A DNA stretch of 64,000 nt from Candidatus Dormibacter sp. (GCA_039935655.1 JBDTJX010000077.1:55718-119717), one strand, 5' to 3'. Shown: positions 10,250 through 20,204, numbered from the stretch's first letter. Numbers and translations are program-made. Notes: generated by a model not told the origin, from the letters alone.

Positions 10250-11301
10250 TGCACGGCTCCGGTCAGGGCTTCGTCGCGGACTCTCGGCAGGCGCACATGG
10301 GTCACAGCGAACACGACCGCGCCCACCGCCACCACGCTGCCGTAGCTGATGCTGCGGTCGAGCAGGGCGATGCTGAGCGCGGCGTTGCGTCCCAGGCCGC
10401 CCACGCTCACGAGCACGCCGACCATCCCCGCCTCGACGAGGCCGAGCCCGCCGGGCAGGAAGGGCACGGTGGTCAGCAGCGCGGCGACCAGCGCTATCAG
10501 CAGCAGCTGGGCGGGGCCCAGCGAGCCGCCGTCACCGAGGGCGAAGACCACAAGCGCGAGGCGGGCGCTCTCCATGCCCCAGACCAGCGCCGTCAGCGGG
10601 ATGAGCACCTGGAGGTGACGGAACGACTCAACGGTGCCCATGCGAAAGCTCTCGTAGCGGTGGAACACCGCCTCCGGGAGCAGGCGCAGCAGCCGTTGCC
10701 CCCGGCCCGCGCGCATCACCAGGATCGCTCCGATCCCCGCCGCGCACACGGCGACGCCGGCGACCAGGTAGGGGATCAGCACACCGGGCGCGCGGTCGTG
10801 GAACACGACCGCCCCGGCGATCAGCAGCAGTCCCATCAGGACCACCAGGTCGAGCAGCCGCTCCGCGATGATCGTGCCCAGAGCGCGCGCCAGCGGCACC
10901 TGCTGGCGCAATCGCGCGAGGTAGGCGCGGTAGACGTCGCCCATCTTGGCGGGCACCACGCAGTTCACGAAGAACGACACCACAAGGATGGGCACCAGCG
11001 GCAGGGTGGGGCGGTCCTCGCCGGCATTGCGCAGCAGCAGCTTCCAGCGCCAGCTGCGCACCAGGAACGACGCCTGGTAGACGATCAGTGCGGCGAGGTA
11101 GAGGCCCAGGTTGGCGTGGCGGATCCGGCTCCAGGCATCCGACCAGTCGATCGGCGCTCGCCACACCGCCACGACGACGATCACCGCGGCGGCTGCCAGC
11201 GACAGGATGGTGCGACGGGTGAGAAGGCGGCCGGGAGGCGCCAGCGCCGCGCTGTCCGGGGACGGCTCCGTCACCGGAGGGCTGAGTGACACAACAGACA
11301 A
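10246..11301 (-). CDS. Flippase-like polytopic membrane protein (lysylphosphatidylglycerol synthase TM-region / UPF0104-like)
   Basis: 351 aa with about 8 TM helices and a conserved RSWRWKLLL-type loop. Overlaps the downstream epimerase start by 4 nt. Confidence 0.7.
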   Translation of the reverse strand: MSVVSLSPPVTEPSPDSAALAPPGRLLTRRTILSLAAAAVIVVVAVWRAPIDWSDAWSRIRHANLGLYLAALIVYQASFLVRSWRWKLLLRNAGEDRPTLPLVPILVVSFFVNCVVPAKMGDVYRAYLARLRQQVPLARALGTIIAERLLDLVVLMGLLLIAGAVVFHDRAPGVLIPYLVAGVAVCAAGIGAILVMRAGRGQRLLRLLPEAVFHRYESFRMGTVESFRHLQVLIPLTALVWGMESARLALVVFALGDGGSLGPAQLLLIALVAALLTTVPFLPGGLGLVEAGMVGVLVSVGGLGRNAALSIALLDRSISYGSVVAVGAVVFAVTHVRLPRVRDEALTGAVH

Positions 11302-11346
11302 CGGTAGCAGCGGATCGCCGCTCCGGCGGTCATATCGAATGTGCGC

Positions 11347-11883
11347 TCAGGGTGTGCGCCGGCGGCCCACCCGGCTCATCAGTGGCCGTCGCTGCTCGGG
11401 GGTCGCCATCTCCTCGAGGTGACGTTCGCGTTCAGCAAGGACGCGCGTGACCGTATCGAGGCGATCGCCGTCGCCTCTTTCCGAGAACGGCCGACTGTCC
11501 CACTGGCGGATCTGGAACACCGCCTTGAGAGCGCAGTAGGGGATCGCCAGGGTGGTCAGCTCGACCTCGCCCGGGGGGACGACGTGCCAGATTCCGCCAT
11601 GGCGACCGAGCAGGGCGCCCGGCTCGATGGACGCGCGCAGGACCTGTCCGTCGATGAAGTGGAACGCAGCGCGGTCCCATGCGTCGGTGACCTCGCTGGC
11701 AGGGGCGGGTGTCGGGGAGCCGACCACGATCTGGGTGATCGCGGTCAGGGGCAGGATGGCGCGCTGGTTGTTCGGCTCCACACCGCGGACCTCCGCCTCG
11801 ATCACCGGCATCTCGAAAGTGAGCTCCGGGATCTCCGCGTGGAGCACCTCACCGTCGACGAAGCTGATCACCACCGCGGTCAT
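11347..11883 (-). CDS. Hypothetical protein with an internal duplication
   Basis: Very high GC3. Duplicated motif VDGEVLHAEIPEL / IDGQVLRASIEPG. It leads the hypothetical-flippase-epimerase operon. The competing + strand ORFs are Arg/Asp-rich. Confidence 0.55.
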   Translation of the reverse strand: MTAVVISFVDGEVLHAEIPELTFEMPVIEAEVRGVEPNNQRAILPLTAITQIVVGSPTPAPASEVTDAWDRAAFHFIDGQVLRASIEPGALLGRHGGIWHVVPPGEVELTTLAIPYCALKAVFQIRQWDSRPFSERGDGDRLDTVTRVLAERERHLEEMATPEQRRPLMSRVGRRRTP

Positions 11884-11978
11884 GCGCGCAGCGTACGGCA
11901 GCGCCGAGCGGCCGCGCCCCCGCGGGTCACTGAAATGTCACGCAGGTGGCCGCGAAGTGGGGCGTACGATGGCTGAGC

Positions 11979-14039
11979 ATGCCGCAGGTCCAGCGTCTCT
12001 GGGGTCGCCTCAACTTCTCGGTGAAGTTTGCGGTGATCATGTCGGTCGCCGGGTTGCTCATCGCGATCATCCCGCTGTCGCTCGCCGGCCAGCAGAACAA
12101 CAGCCAGGCCACCGGGCGCGCCGCCGACAAGGCCGGCGTCATCGTCAACCTGATGGCGGGCCAGGAGAAGTCGCTGGCCGCGTTTGCCGGCGGGATGATA
12201 CAGGAGCTGGCACCTGCGTTCGCCGCCCAGGACACAGCGACGCTGACGAGCACGCTGGTGCGCTACTCGCAGGTCAACACCCCCTCGGACGTCATCGGGG
12301 TGCACGGGTCCCTCGCCAACGCGGCCGTGTCGAGCGGCACACCTTTCTCCACGAGTGACCCGCTCTACGCCCTGTTCGCGCGGCAGCAGGGTGCGTCCTC
12401 CAACGTGGTGGCAGCACCCGACGGAACCCCGTGGCTGATCGGCATCAGCACGCTTGCCAACAGCGACGAGACCGCGTTCATCGGCCGCCCGGTCAACGCC
12501 GGCTTCATCCAGGCCCTGGCCGGAACCATCACGACGTCAGCTGACACGGCCGGCATCGCGATCGTTCGCGGTGGCAGGGTGGCCACCCAGGGAAGCTCCA
12601 TCCTCAACCAGGAGGTGGCGCCGGGGACCGTGCTGAGCAGCGCCATCCTGCCGGCGCTCGACCACTCGCCCACCCCTGAGATCGTGAGCATCGGCGGCCA
12701 GAGCGCCGGGGTCGACGCGCAACCACTGCCCTCGGGCTTCACCGTGCTGGTGACAACGCCGGTCTCGCCGGTGACCAGCCTGTGGCAGCCGGCTCTCATC
12801 CTGCTCGCGCTGATCGTGCTGGCGATGCTCTGCATCGTCCTGGTCGTCCAGACCGACCTGCGGCGGCCGCTACGCCGGCTCGACAGGGCGGTGGCGGCGA
12901 TGGCCCAAGAGGATTACGACACGCCGGTGCCGCGTGCGGCGGGCGGGGAGATCGACCGCCTCGCGTCGAGCTTCGAGGAGATGCGCCAACAGCTGCGCGC
13001 CACCATCGCCGGCACCCAGGCACGCGCTGCCATCGCCAGCGAGCTCAACTCCCCGCAACCGCTCGAGACTGCCCTGCGCAAGGTTGGAGCTCAGCTGCGG
13101 CGATCGGGCGGCGCCGACACCGCGTTCATTCTCGTCAGCGGTTCCGAGATGACCGACAGCTTCGCGGTCACCGATGGCGGCCCCTTCGACGTCGACGTCA
13201 ACGAGGTGCTCAGCGGCGAGGGACCGATCGGCACCGCGTATCGCCGCACCGGCACCGAGGCGCTGATGGTCGGCGCCTCGGCGGAGAGCAGCGAGGCGAA
13301 GACGGGGCAGCGCGAGTTCTGCGCGGCGCCGCTGCGCATGGGGCGCACCGTTCTTGGGGTGCTCGGCGTGGCGCGCGCGCGGGGCGGGTTCAGCAGCGGC
13401 GACGCGGCGCTGGTGGCGAGCTCGGCCGAGCAGGTCGCCCTGGCGCTGGAGCGCTACCGATTCATCGCCATGGTGCAGCGCCAAGCCAGCATCGACGACC
13501 TCACCGGCCTCTACAACCATCGCTTCCTCGTCGACTATCTCGGCCAGCAGGTGGCGCTCGCCGAACGCCTCAACACACCGCTGGCGGTGCTGGTTCTCGA
13601 CCTCGACCACTTCAAGCGCGTCAACGACACACACGGCCATCCGATGGGTGACGAGGTGCTCACCGCCTTTGCCCACACCCTGACAAGCAGCATCCGGCGT
13701 GCCGACCTCGCGGCCCGCTACGGCGGGGAGGAGTTCATCGTGGTGATGTCGAACACTGCAGCCCCCGACGCGCGTCGCGTCGCTGAGAAGATCCGGGCGG
13801 CTGTCGAGGCGCTGGTGGTGCCCGTTGACAGCGGCGGACAGGCGGTCACCCTGACGGTCAGCATCGGCGGTGCCGCCTACCCCGACGACACCACCACGGC
13901 GCAGCAACTGTTGGCCACCGCGGACGCGGCCCTCTACGATGCCAAGCACGGTGGTCGCAACCGCGTGTGCATGGCCGGGGACGGCGACGCCGAAATTGAG
14001 GTTCCGAGCAATGCCACCACCGTCGTCCGCACCCGTTGA
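11979..14039 (+). CDS. Membrane-bound sensor diguanylate cyclase (periplasmic sensor, HAMP, GAF-like, GGDEF)
   Basis: N-terminal TM and extracytoplasmic region, then a second TM and HAMP-like segment, then GGDEF with RYGGEEF active-site motif and an RxxD I-site. An alternative in-frame GTG start at 11946 is possible. Confidence 0.85.
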   Translation: MPQVQRLWGRLNFSVKFAVIMSVAGLLIAIIPLSLAGQQNNSQATGRAADKAGVIVNLMAGQEKSLAAFAGGMIQELAPAFAAQDTATLTSTLVRYSQVNTPSDVIGVHGSLANAAVSSGTPFSTSDPLYALFARQQGASSNVVAAPDGTPWLIGISTLANSDETAFIGRPVNAGFIQALAGTITTSADTAGIAIVRGGRVATQGSSILNQEVAPGTVLSSAILPALDHSPTPEIVSIGGQSAGVDAQPLPSGFTVLVTTPVSPVTSLWQPALILLALIVLAMLCIVLVVQTDLRRPLRRLDRAVAAMAQEDYDTPVPRAAGGEIDRLASSFEEMRQQLRATIAGTQARAAIASELNSPQPLETALRKVGAQLRRSGGADTAFILVSGSEMTDSFAVTDGGPFDVDVNEVLSGEGPIGTAYRRTGTEALMVGASAESSEAKTGQREFCAAPLRMGRTVLGVLGVARARGGFSSGDAALVASSAEQVALALERYRFIAMVQRQASIDDLTGLYNHRFLVDYLGQQVALAERLNTPLAVLVLDLDHFKRVNDTHGHPMGDEVLTAFAHTLTSSIRRADLAARYGGEEFIVVMSNTAAPDARRVAEKIRAAVEALVVPVDSGGQAVTLTVSIGGAAYPDDTTTAQQLLATADAALYDAKHGGRNRVCMAGDGDAEIEVPSNATTVVRTR

Positions 14040-15117
14040 CCTGCGCAGCGACACCTTCACAACACCCGACGCAGCCATGCGTCGCGTCATGGCGGACGCG
14101 GAGGTTGGCGACGACGTGTGGGGCGAGGACCCCACGGTACGACGCCTCGAGGAGGAGATGGCCGGGCGGCTCGGCAAAGAAGCCGCAGTGTTCGTCCCCA
14201 GCGGGACCATGGGCAACCTCGCCTCGCTGACGGCCCAGACCAACCCCGGCGACGAAGTGATCATCGACTCTGAGTCGCACGTGGTGGCCAACGAGGCCGG
14301 GGGCGCCGGGGCTGTCGCCGGCGTCATCCTGCACGCGGTCGACGCGGTGGCCGGCGCGCCCACAGCAGCTCAGGTTGCCGCTGCGCTACGAGTGCCCGAC
14401 ATCCACCACCCGGTGTCGCGCCTGCTGTGGCTGGAGAACACCCATGGGGGTCGCGCCGGGCTGGCGGTGCCCGCCCAGTTGATCGACGCTGCGGCCGCCG
14501 TTGCGCATCACGCCGGACTGCGTGTCCATTGCGACGGGGCACGCCTGTTCAACGCGGCGGTGGCGCTGCGCGTCGACGCGTCGCGACTGGCAGCGGGGTG
14601 CGACACGGTCTCGGTGTGCCTGAGCAAGGGGCTCGGCGCGCCGGTTGGGTCGGTGGTCAGCGGGGACGCGCCGTGCATAACCACGGTGCGTCTGTGGCGC
14701 AAACGGCTGGGCGGTGGTATGCGCCAGGCAGGCATCCTCGCCGCCGCGGGGTTGTACGCACTCGAGCACAACGTGGAGAGGCTCGCCGACGACCACGCCA
14801 ACGCGTTGGTTCTCGCCGCCGAGCTGCGCGGTACCCCGGGAGTGAGCGTGGTCGAGGTGGCGCTGCCCACCAACATGGTGATGTTCGACACGCCCATGCC
14901 GGCGGACGAGGTGACCCGGCTTGCCGCCGCGGCCGGCGTGTTGCTGGCGCCGGTCGGCTCGCGCCGGCTGCGCTGCGTCACCCACAAGGACGTCGACGCC
15001 GCCGACGTCCGCCGTGCCGCCACCGCGCTGAGCTCGATGTTGGAGCGTGTCCTCGCGGCCGACGGTATCCGCGAGCAGCAACCCGCTCAACCGGGAGGGG
15101 CGATCCCCTCCCGGTGA
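14011..15117 (+). CDS. ltaE: Low-specificity L-threonine aldolase (PLP-dependent)
   Basis: VDLRSDTFTTPD...GTMGNLA...SKGLGAPVGS (PLP lysine). ATG at 14011 overlaps the GGDEF gene end by 29 nt. Confidence 0.85.
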   Translation: MPPPSSAPVDLRSDTFTTPDAAMRRVMADAEVGDDVWGEDPTVRRLEEEMAGRLGKEAAVFVPSGTMGNLASLTAQTNPGDEVIIDSESHVVANEAGGAGAVAGVILHAVDAVAGAPTAAQVAAALRVPDIHHPVSRLLWLENTHGGRAGLAVPAQLIDAAAAVAHHAGLRVHCDGARLFNAAVALRVDASRLAAGCDTVSVCLSKGLGAPVGSVVSGDAPCITTVRLWRKRLGGGMRQAGILAAAGLYALEHNVERLADDHANALVLAAELRGTPGVSVVEVALPTNMVMFDTPMPADEVTRLAAAAGVLLAPVGSRRLRCVTHKDVDAADVRRAATALSSMLERVLAADGIREQQPAQPGGAIPSR

Positions 15118-15174
15118 GCGCGGCCGAGGGTTGCAGCATCATCCGCGCCGGGACGCTTCGCGCCTTAACGACAA

Positions 15175-15203
15175 AGAGGCCCCGCCGCGGTGGCGAGGCC
15201 TCT
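15175..15203 (-). terminator. Intrinsic terminator-like hairpin between convergent ltaE and the histone-like gene
   Basis: AGAGGCC-CCGCCGCGGTGGCGA-GGCCTCT stem-loop with a nested CGCC/GGCG stem. On the minus strand it is followed by TTTGTCGTT (complement of 15165-15174), downstream of the histone-like stop at 15219. Confidence 0.4.
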
Positions 15204-15218
15204 CCGATGACTACCAGG

Positions 15219-15956
15219 TCAGCTGCTGCTCGACCCGGTGACGATAGCCGCGGCTGCCGCGGGGACCGACGCGACCTTGCGGGCGCCACGCCGTGCGCCG
15301 ACGCGCGCGGTGGTGCGCTTGGCGGCGGGCTTGCGCGCGGTGGTGCGCTTGGCAGCCGTCTTCCGTGCCGTGGCGCGCTTGGCAGTCGCCTTGCGTGCCG
15401 TGGCGCGCTTGGCAGTCGTCTTGCGTGCGGTGGCGCGCTTGGCAGTCGTCTTCCGCGCCGTGGTGCGCTTGGCTGCCGGCTTGCGACGGGTGGTCGCCTT
15501 GCGGGCAACGCGCTTGACGGCGCGCTTGGCGGTCGTCTTGCGAGCCGTGGCGCGCTTGGCGGTCGTCTTGCGACGGGTGGTCGCCTTCTTGGCAACGCGC
15601 TTGACGGCGCGCTTGGCAGTGGCCTTGCGTGCCGTGGCGCGCTTGGCCGCCGGCTTGCGCCGAGTGGTGCGCCGCTTGGCCCCGGCCTTGCGGGTCGCCC
15701 TGCGCTTGGGGGCGCCGCCGGTTACGCGGCGGGCTGCCTTGCGGATCTCGCCCTCGAGACGGGACACGCTCTTCTCGAGTCCGGCGAGTCTCTTCTCGAG
15801 CTCGTTGAGCGGCAATGCCTTGACGAGTCCTTGCACCGCCTTCAATAGATCACCACCACCAGTGTTGGCGCGGCGGCGAGCTGTGGAGCTCACACGTTTC
15901 ACAGTGCGGCTGACGGCTTTGTTCACGCCGCCTCTGCTGCGTCTTGTCCTGGCCAT
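15219..15956 (-). CDS. Histone H1-like Lys/Ala/Thr/Arg-rich repeat nucleoid-associated protein
   Basis: ATG (complement of 15954-15956) preceded by AAGGAGG. Coiled-coil N-terminal region (LNELEKRLAGLEKSVSRLEGEIRKAAR), then about 15 tandem AKRATARKTT-type decapeptide repeats typical of histone H1/Hc1-like DNA-binding tails. There is no HU fold. Confidence 0.7.
   Translation of the reverse strand: MARTRRSRGGVNKAVSRTVKRVSSTARRRANTGGGDLLKAVQGLVKALPLNELEKRLAGLEKSVSRLEGEIRKAARRVTGGAPKRRATRKAGAKRRTTRRKPAAKRATARKATAKRAVKRVAKKATTRRKTTAKRATARKTTAKRAVKRVARKATTRRKPAAKRTTARKTTAKRATARKTTAKRATARKATAKRATARKTAAKRTTARKPAAKRTTARVGARRGARKVASVPAAAAAIVTGSSSS
15290..15700. repeat. Tandem in-frame 30-nt / 66-nt nucleotide repeats encoding the KA-rich tail
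   Basis: Repeated units GCGCGCTTGGCAGTCGTCTTGCGTGCCGTG and variants are seen directly in the sequence. On the opposite strand they produce spurious Arg/Ala/Val-repeat ORFs. Confidence 0.6.
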
Positions 15957-16358
15957 ATCGTACGGGCCTCCTTGCTGATGATCCCTTCGTTGCGGATCAT
16001 CACCGGCTGTTTGTGACAGGAGATGGTGTAAACCTCCCGCCGTGTCGTGCATAGCATGGTGCCTATACACACTATTGTCAATGTGCGTGCCGCCTTTGTG
16101 ACATGTGTGGCGGCATCCGACGAGCCGTCTTGACCCATGTGTGCGATGTCGTGCACCGTCGACACAACGTCTGCGGACCCTCGTCGGCGGCGACGACTCG
16201 CCGCGCGACACACAGCCCTGACCGCCGCTCGTACCTCCGACAGCGGTCGCGCGAGGTGCTGTGTGTACCCCGGTGGCGGCCTCGGTGTCGGGTCTGGCAC
16301 GGTGCCGCACCCGAGCCGTCGACCCCATACAGCCCGTCGCGCGAGATAAGGTGTGGGC

Positions 16359-17618
16359 ATGACATCAGTCGTGCAGGGCAGTGCGTCACTGGCTATCGCC
16401 CAGCACCATTTCGACCGCGCCGCCGAGCAACTCGAACTCCCTGAGTCGGCGCGGCCGATGCTCAGGACGATCAAGCGTGAACTGATCGTTCACTTCCCAG
16501 TCGAGATGGACGACGGCAGCTTCCGGGTGTTCACCGGCTTCCGCGTGCAGCACAACATCGCGCGTGGCCCGGCCAAAGGTGGCCTCCGCTATCACCCCGC
16601 GATGACTCTCGCCGACGCCCGCGGCCTGGCGATGTACATGACCTGGAAAGCGGCGGTGGTCGACCTGCCTTTCGGTGGCGCCAAGGGCGGCGTCATCGTC
16701 GACCCCAAGCAGCTGACCACCTCCGAGCGCGAACGTCTCACCCGGCGGTTCACCACCGAGATCTCGCTGCTGATCGGCCCCGACCGAGACATCCCCGCGC
16801 CCGACATCGGCACTGGTCCGCAGGAGATGGCCTGGGTCATGGACACCCTGTCAATGCACGCCGGTTACTCGGTGCCAGCATCGGTCACCGGCAAACCGAC
16901 CGTGATCGGAGGGTCCGAGGGTCGTCAGGCATCCGTCGGCCGCGGGCTGGCCACGGTCGCCGTCCAGGCGCTCGGCGACTCCGGTATCGATCCCGCCGCC
17001 GCAACAGCCGCGGTCCAGGGTTTCGGCCAGGTCGGTTCAGCAACGGCGCAACTTCTGGCCGCCGCCGGGCTGCGCGTCGTGGCCGTCTCCGACAGTCGCG
17101 GCGGGGTGTACAGCGAGGCAGGCCTCGACGTCGACACACTGGCCGCGCTCAAGGATGAGGGTGGGTCGCTCTCCGACCTGGTCGGCGCCGAGTCGCTCAC
17201 CAATGAGGAGTTGCTCGCGCTGGACGTCGACCTCCTCGTCCCCGCGGCGCTGGAGGCGTCCATCACCGCAGCCAACGCGGCCAGTGTGCGTGCTCGCGTC
17301 ATCTGCGAGGGAGCCAACGCCGCCATCGACCCGGACGGCGATGCCATCCTGCACGACCGCGATGTGCTCATCATCCCCGACATCCTCGCCAACGCCGGGG
17401 GACTGGTTGTCTCGTACTTCGAGTGGGTGCAGGATCTCCAGCAGCTCTTCTGGGCTGCCGGCGACGTGAACGGGCGCCTCCGCGAGGTGATGGTGCGCAG
17501 CTACGACTCGGTGCGCGCGCGGGCACAGTCAGAGCACGTCACCATGCGCGAGGCAGCCCACCAGATCGCGGTGTCCAAGGTGGCCGCCGCCAGCGACGTG
17601 CGGGGGATCTATCCGTAG
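16359..17618 (+). CDS. gdhA: Glu/Leu/Phe/Val dehydrogenase family (glutamate dehydrogenase)
   Basis: LPFGGAKGGVIVDP catalytic-lysine motif and a GFGQVGS Rossmann motif. ATG at 16359; an in-frame GTG lies 6 nt upstream. Confidence 0.9.
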   Translation: MTSVVQGSASLAIAQHHFDRAAEQLELPESARPMLRTIKRELIVHFPVEMDDGSFRVFTGFRVQHNIARGPAKGGLRYHPAMTLADARGLAMYMTWKAAVVDLPFGGAKGGVIVDPKQLTTSERERLTRRFTTEISLLIGPDRDIPAPDIGTGPQEMAWVMDTLSMHAGYSVPASVTGKPTVIGGSEGRQASVGRGLATVAVQALGDSGIDPAAATAAVQGFGQVGSATAQLLAAAGLRVVAVSDSRGGVYSEAGLDVDTLAALKDEGGSLSDLVGAESLTNEELLALDVDLLVPAALEASITAANAASVRARVICEGANAAIDPDGDAILHDRDVLIIPDILANAGGLVVSYFEWVQDLQQLFWAAGDVNGRLREVMVRSYDSVRARAQSEHVTMREAAHQIAVSKVAAASDVRGIYP

Positions 17619-17759
17619 GCTTCGCCGACGGTTCTTATCGGGGCGAGGCAGAGCCTCGCCCCCTGAGCGCGGTCGACGTTGCCACGTCGTCCACGCTCTC
17701 CCCACTCCTCGGCGCCACTCGGCGCCGAGCACGCTTCGCTTGCGGAGGCTTCGCTTACC

Positions 17760-18932
17760 ATGCCCATCCTTAAGGAAGGAGTGGTGGTGGCCGACGGTAG
17801 ACGCGTCCTGATCACCGGGGTGTCGCGGTTCTGGGGGGCCGAGCTGGCTCGGCGTCTCGAGGCGGATCCTGGTGTCGAGCAGATCGTTGCCGTGGACACC
17901 GAGGGCCCGGCGCGGCGTTTGGCGCGGACCGACTTCGTGCGCGCCGACATCCGCCACAGCCTGGTGGGCAAGCTGGTGCGCGGGCTGCGCATCGACACGG
18001 TGGTGCACGCCGGGCTCATCGTCGATCCCCGCCAGGCCAGCGGCCGCACCGTGCACGAGACCAACGTGATCGGCACCATGAACCTGCTCGCCGCGTGCAG
18101 CGGGCGGGACAGCCCGGTGCGCCGCCTGGTGGTCAAGTCGAGCACTGCCGTGTACGGGAGCGAGCCCGATGACCCGTCCTTCTGGAGTGAGGAGATGCGC
18201 CGGTCGTCGCCGGCACGAGACGGCTTCACGCGCGACCTCGACGAGGTGGAGTCGTACGTGCGCGAGTTCGAGGTCCGCCACCCCAACGTGGCGGTGACCA
18301 CGCTGCGATTCGGCAACGTCCTCGGCGAGGTCCACGACTCGCCCTTCGCACGCCTCTTCGATCTCCCGCTCATCCCGACTGTCTTCGGTTTCGACCCACG
18401 CCTCCAGTTCCTCGACGAGGGCGACGCCGTCGCCGCCCTTGACCACGCCGCCCGCGGCGACTGCCGTGGCACATACAACGTCGCCGGTGCGGGCGTGGTG
18501 GTCCTGAGCCAGGCGATCTCATTGATGGGCAAGATCAACGCGCCGGTCATCCCGTTCGTCGGCGGCAGCGTGGCGATGCGCGTTCTCGATCGCCTCGGCC
18601 TCACGAACTTCCCCGTCGAGTTCGTCCGGCTGCTGCAGTACGGACGCGTCGTCGACACCTCGCGACTGCACGACGAGCTGGGCTTCGTCCCGGAGCGCAG
18701 CACCATCGACACCGTGCTCGAGCACGGACGGCGCCGCCGCGTCCGCGGCCTTGTCGACGAATCGGCGCCGTATCGCTACGAGCACGAGCTCGAGGAGTTC
18801 TTGCGCAGCCGTGGCCGTCGCGACGAGGACGCAGGGTCCGACGCGCCGCGCCCATCGCCCGCCCCACGGTCGCGCCCCCGCCGGCGTCCCACACCCTCGC
18901 AGGCCACGCGCGGCACCAGCCCGGCAACATGA
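17760..18932 (+). CDS. NAD(P)-binding epimerase/dehydratase family protein
   Basis: VLITGVSRFWG Rossmann motif. The AAGGAAGGAG Shine-Dalgarno fits the in-frame GTG at 17787 better than ATG 17760. Acidic/basic C-terminal tail. Confidence 0.78.
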   Translation: MPILKEGVVVADGRRVLITGVSRFWGAELARRLEADPGVEQIVAVDTEGPARRLARTDFVRADIRHSLVGKLVRGLRIDTVVHAGLIVDPRQASGRTVHETNVIGTMNLLAACSGRDSPVRRLVVKSSTAVYGSEPDDPSFWSEEMRRSSPARDGFTRDLDEVESYVREFEVRHPNVAVTTLRFGNVLGEVHDSPFARLFDLPLIPTVFGFDPRLQFLDEGDAVAALDHAARGDCRGTYNVAGAGVVVLSQAISLMGKINAPVIPFVGGSVAMRVLDRLGLTNFPVEFVRLLQYGRVVDTSRLHDELGFVPERSTIDTVLEHGRRRRVRGLVDESAPYRYEHELEEFLRSRGRRDEDAGSDAPRPSPAPRSRPRRRPTPSQATRGTSPAT

Positions 18933-20059
18933 CCAGCCCCACCCGCAGGCTGCCGGCGCGTGGGGCCTCACGCAACGGACATCGACCACTATCCCCTGAC
19001 GACGTGCTGGTGGCGCAGCCGCACGTGCGTCGGCGTCGCCGGCCCGCGCCACCTCGCCCATCGCTCCCGTCGGTGCGCATGCCGTCGCTGCCGTCGCTGC
19101 GACTGCCGTCGCTCTCAAGCCTGACGGCGCTGCGCCGCGACCTCCCCTCGACCGCGATGGCCGCCACCGGTGCGCTGGCGCTCCGTCTGCGCGAGCTGAC
19201 CGGCCGCGACGTCATCGACCTCGAGTCGCTGCAGGAGGTGATGAGCGTCTACTACCGCCTCGCCGCGCTTCGCGAGCAGCACCGCAATGGTGTGTATGAC
19301 GTCGACGACTTCGGCTTCGACCCCGAGCTCACCGAAGCGCTCATGCCGCTCTTCAGGGTGGTGGCGCGTCGCTACTGGCGTGTCGAGGTCGAGGGGACCG
19401 AGCACCTGCCCCGGCGCGGTGGCGCGCTGCTCGTCTCCAACCACGCGGGTGTGTTGCCCTGGGATGGGGCGATGATCAAGGTGGCGGTGTTCGATGCCAC
19501 AGAGCGCCATGCGCGCGCGCTCGACGCCACCTGGTTCGGCGAGCTGCCGATTGCGTCATGGTTCCTGCGTCGCACCGGCCAGGCGCCCGGCCACCCCGAC
19601 GACACCCATCGCCTGCTGCGCAACGGCGAGCTCGTGCTGGTCTTTCCCGAGGGCGTCAAAGGCACGGGCAAGCCGTGGAACGAGCGTTACCGGTTGCGCC
19701 GCTTCGGTCGCGGCGGTTTCGTGGAGGCGGCGATGCGGGCCGGCGTGCCCATCGTGCCGATCTCGGTGATCGGCTCCGAGGAGACCTACCCGATGGTCGC
19801 CGACGTCCGACCGCTGGCCCAGCTGCTCGGCATGCCGTACTTCCCGATCACGCCGACGTGGCCGTTTCTCGGCCCGCTCGGACTCCTGCCGCTGCCGAGC
19901 AAGTGGCTCATCACCTTCCACCCGCCGGTCGACGTACCCGCCGGCACGACGACGACCGAACCGGCGGCCGTCATGGAGACAGCGGACCGGGTCCGCGCCA
20001 CCATCCAGGACGGCGTGGTCGAGAACCTCAAGCGGCGCCAGCGCGTCTTCCGAGGCTGA
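18929..20059 (+). CDS. Lysophospholipid (1-acyl-sn-glycerol-3-phosphate) acyltransferase family
   Basis: NHAGVLPWDG (HX4D-type box) and FPEGVKG motif. Start overlaps the preceding stop (ATGA), consistent with an operon with the epimerase-family gene. Confidence 0.8.
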   Translation: MTSPTRRLPARGASRNGHRPLSPDDVLVAQPHVRRRRRPAPPRPSLPSVRMPSLPSLRLPSLSSLTALRRDLPSTAMAATGALALRLRELTGRDVIDLESLQEVMSVYYRLAALREQHRNGVYDVDDFGFDPELTEALMPLFRVVARRYWRVEVEGTEHLPRRGGALLVSNHAGVLPWDGAMIKVAVFDATERHARALDATWFGELPIASWFLRRTGQAPGHPDDTHRLLRNGELVLVFPEGVKGTGKPWNERYRLRRFGRGGFVEAAMRAGVPIVPISVIGSEETYPMVADVRPLAQLLGMPYFPITPTWPFLGPLGLLPLPSKWLITFHPPVDVPAGTTTTEPAAVMETADRVRATIQDGVVENLKRRQRVFRG

Positions 20060-20204
20060 CCAGCCGCCCGCTACGCCGGTCCCAGCGCACCACCACCCAA
20101 TCCACCGCGCTCGGCGCCGCCGCCCAACCGGTGCTCGACAGTCTTCGCCTCCCGGCTGGTGCCGTCGCCGGGTAATCGCCGGTGGATGGGATTCCCGGCT
20201 CGCA

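Noticed and set aside
12870-15848. Long ORFs 12870..14363 (-) and 14427..15848 (+)
   Set aside because: They are antisense or out of frame with the GGDEF cyclase, ltaE and the histone-like gene. Their compositions (poly-Arg/Ala/Gly, repeated ALGSRLACRG units) mirror the opposite-strand KA-rich repeats.
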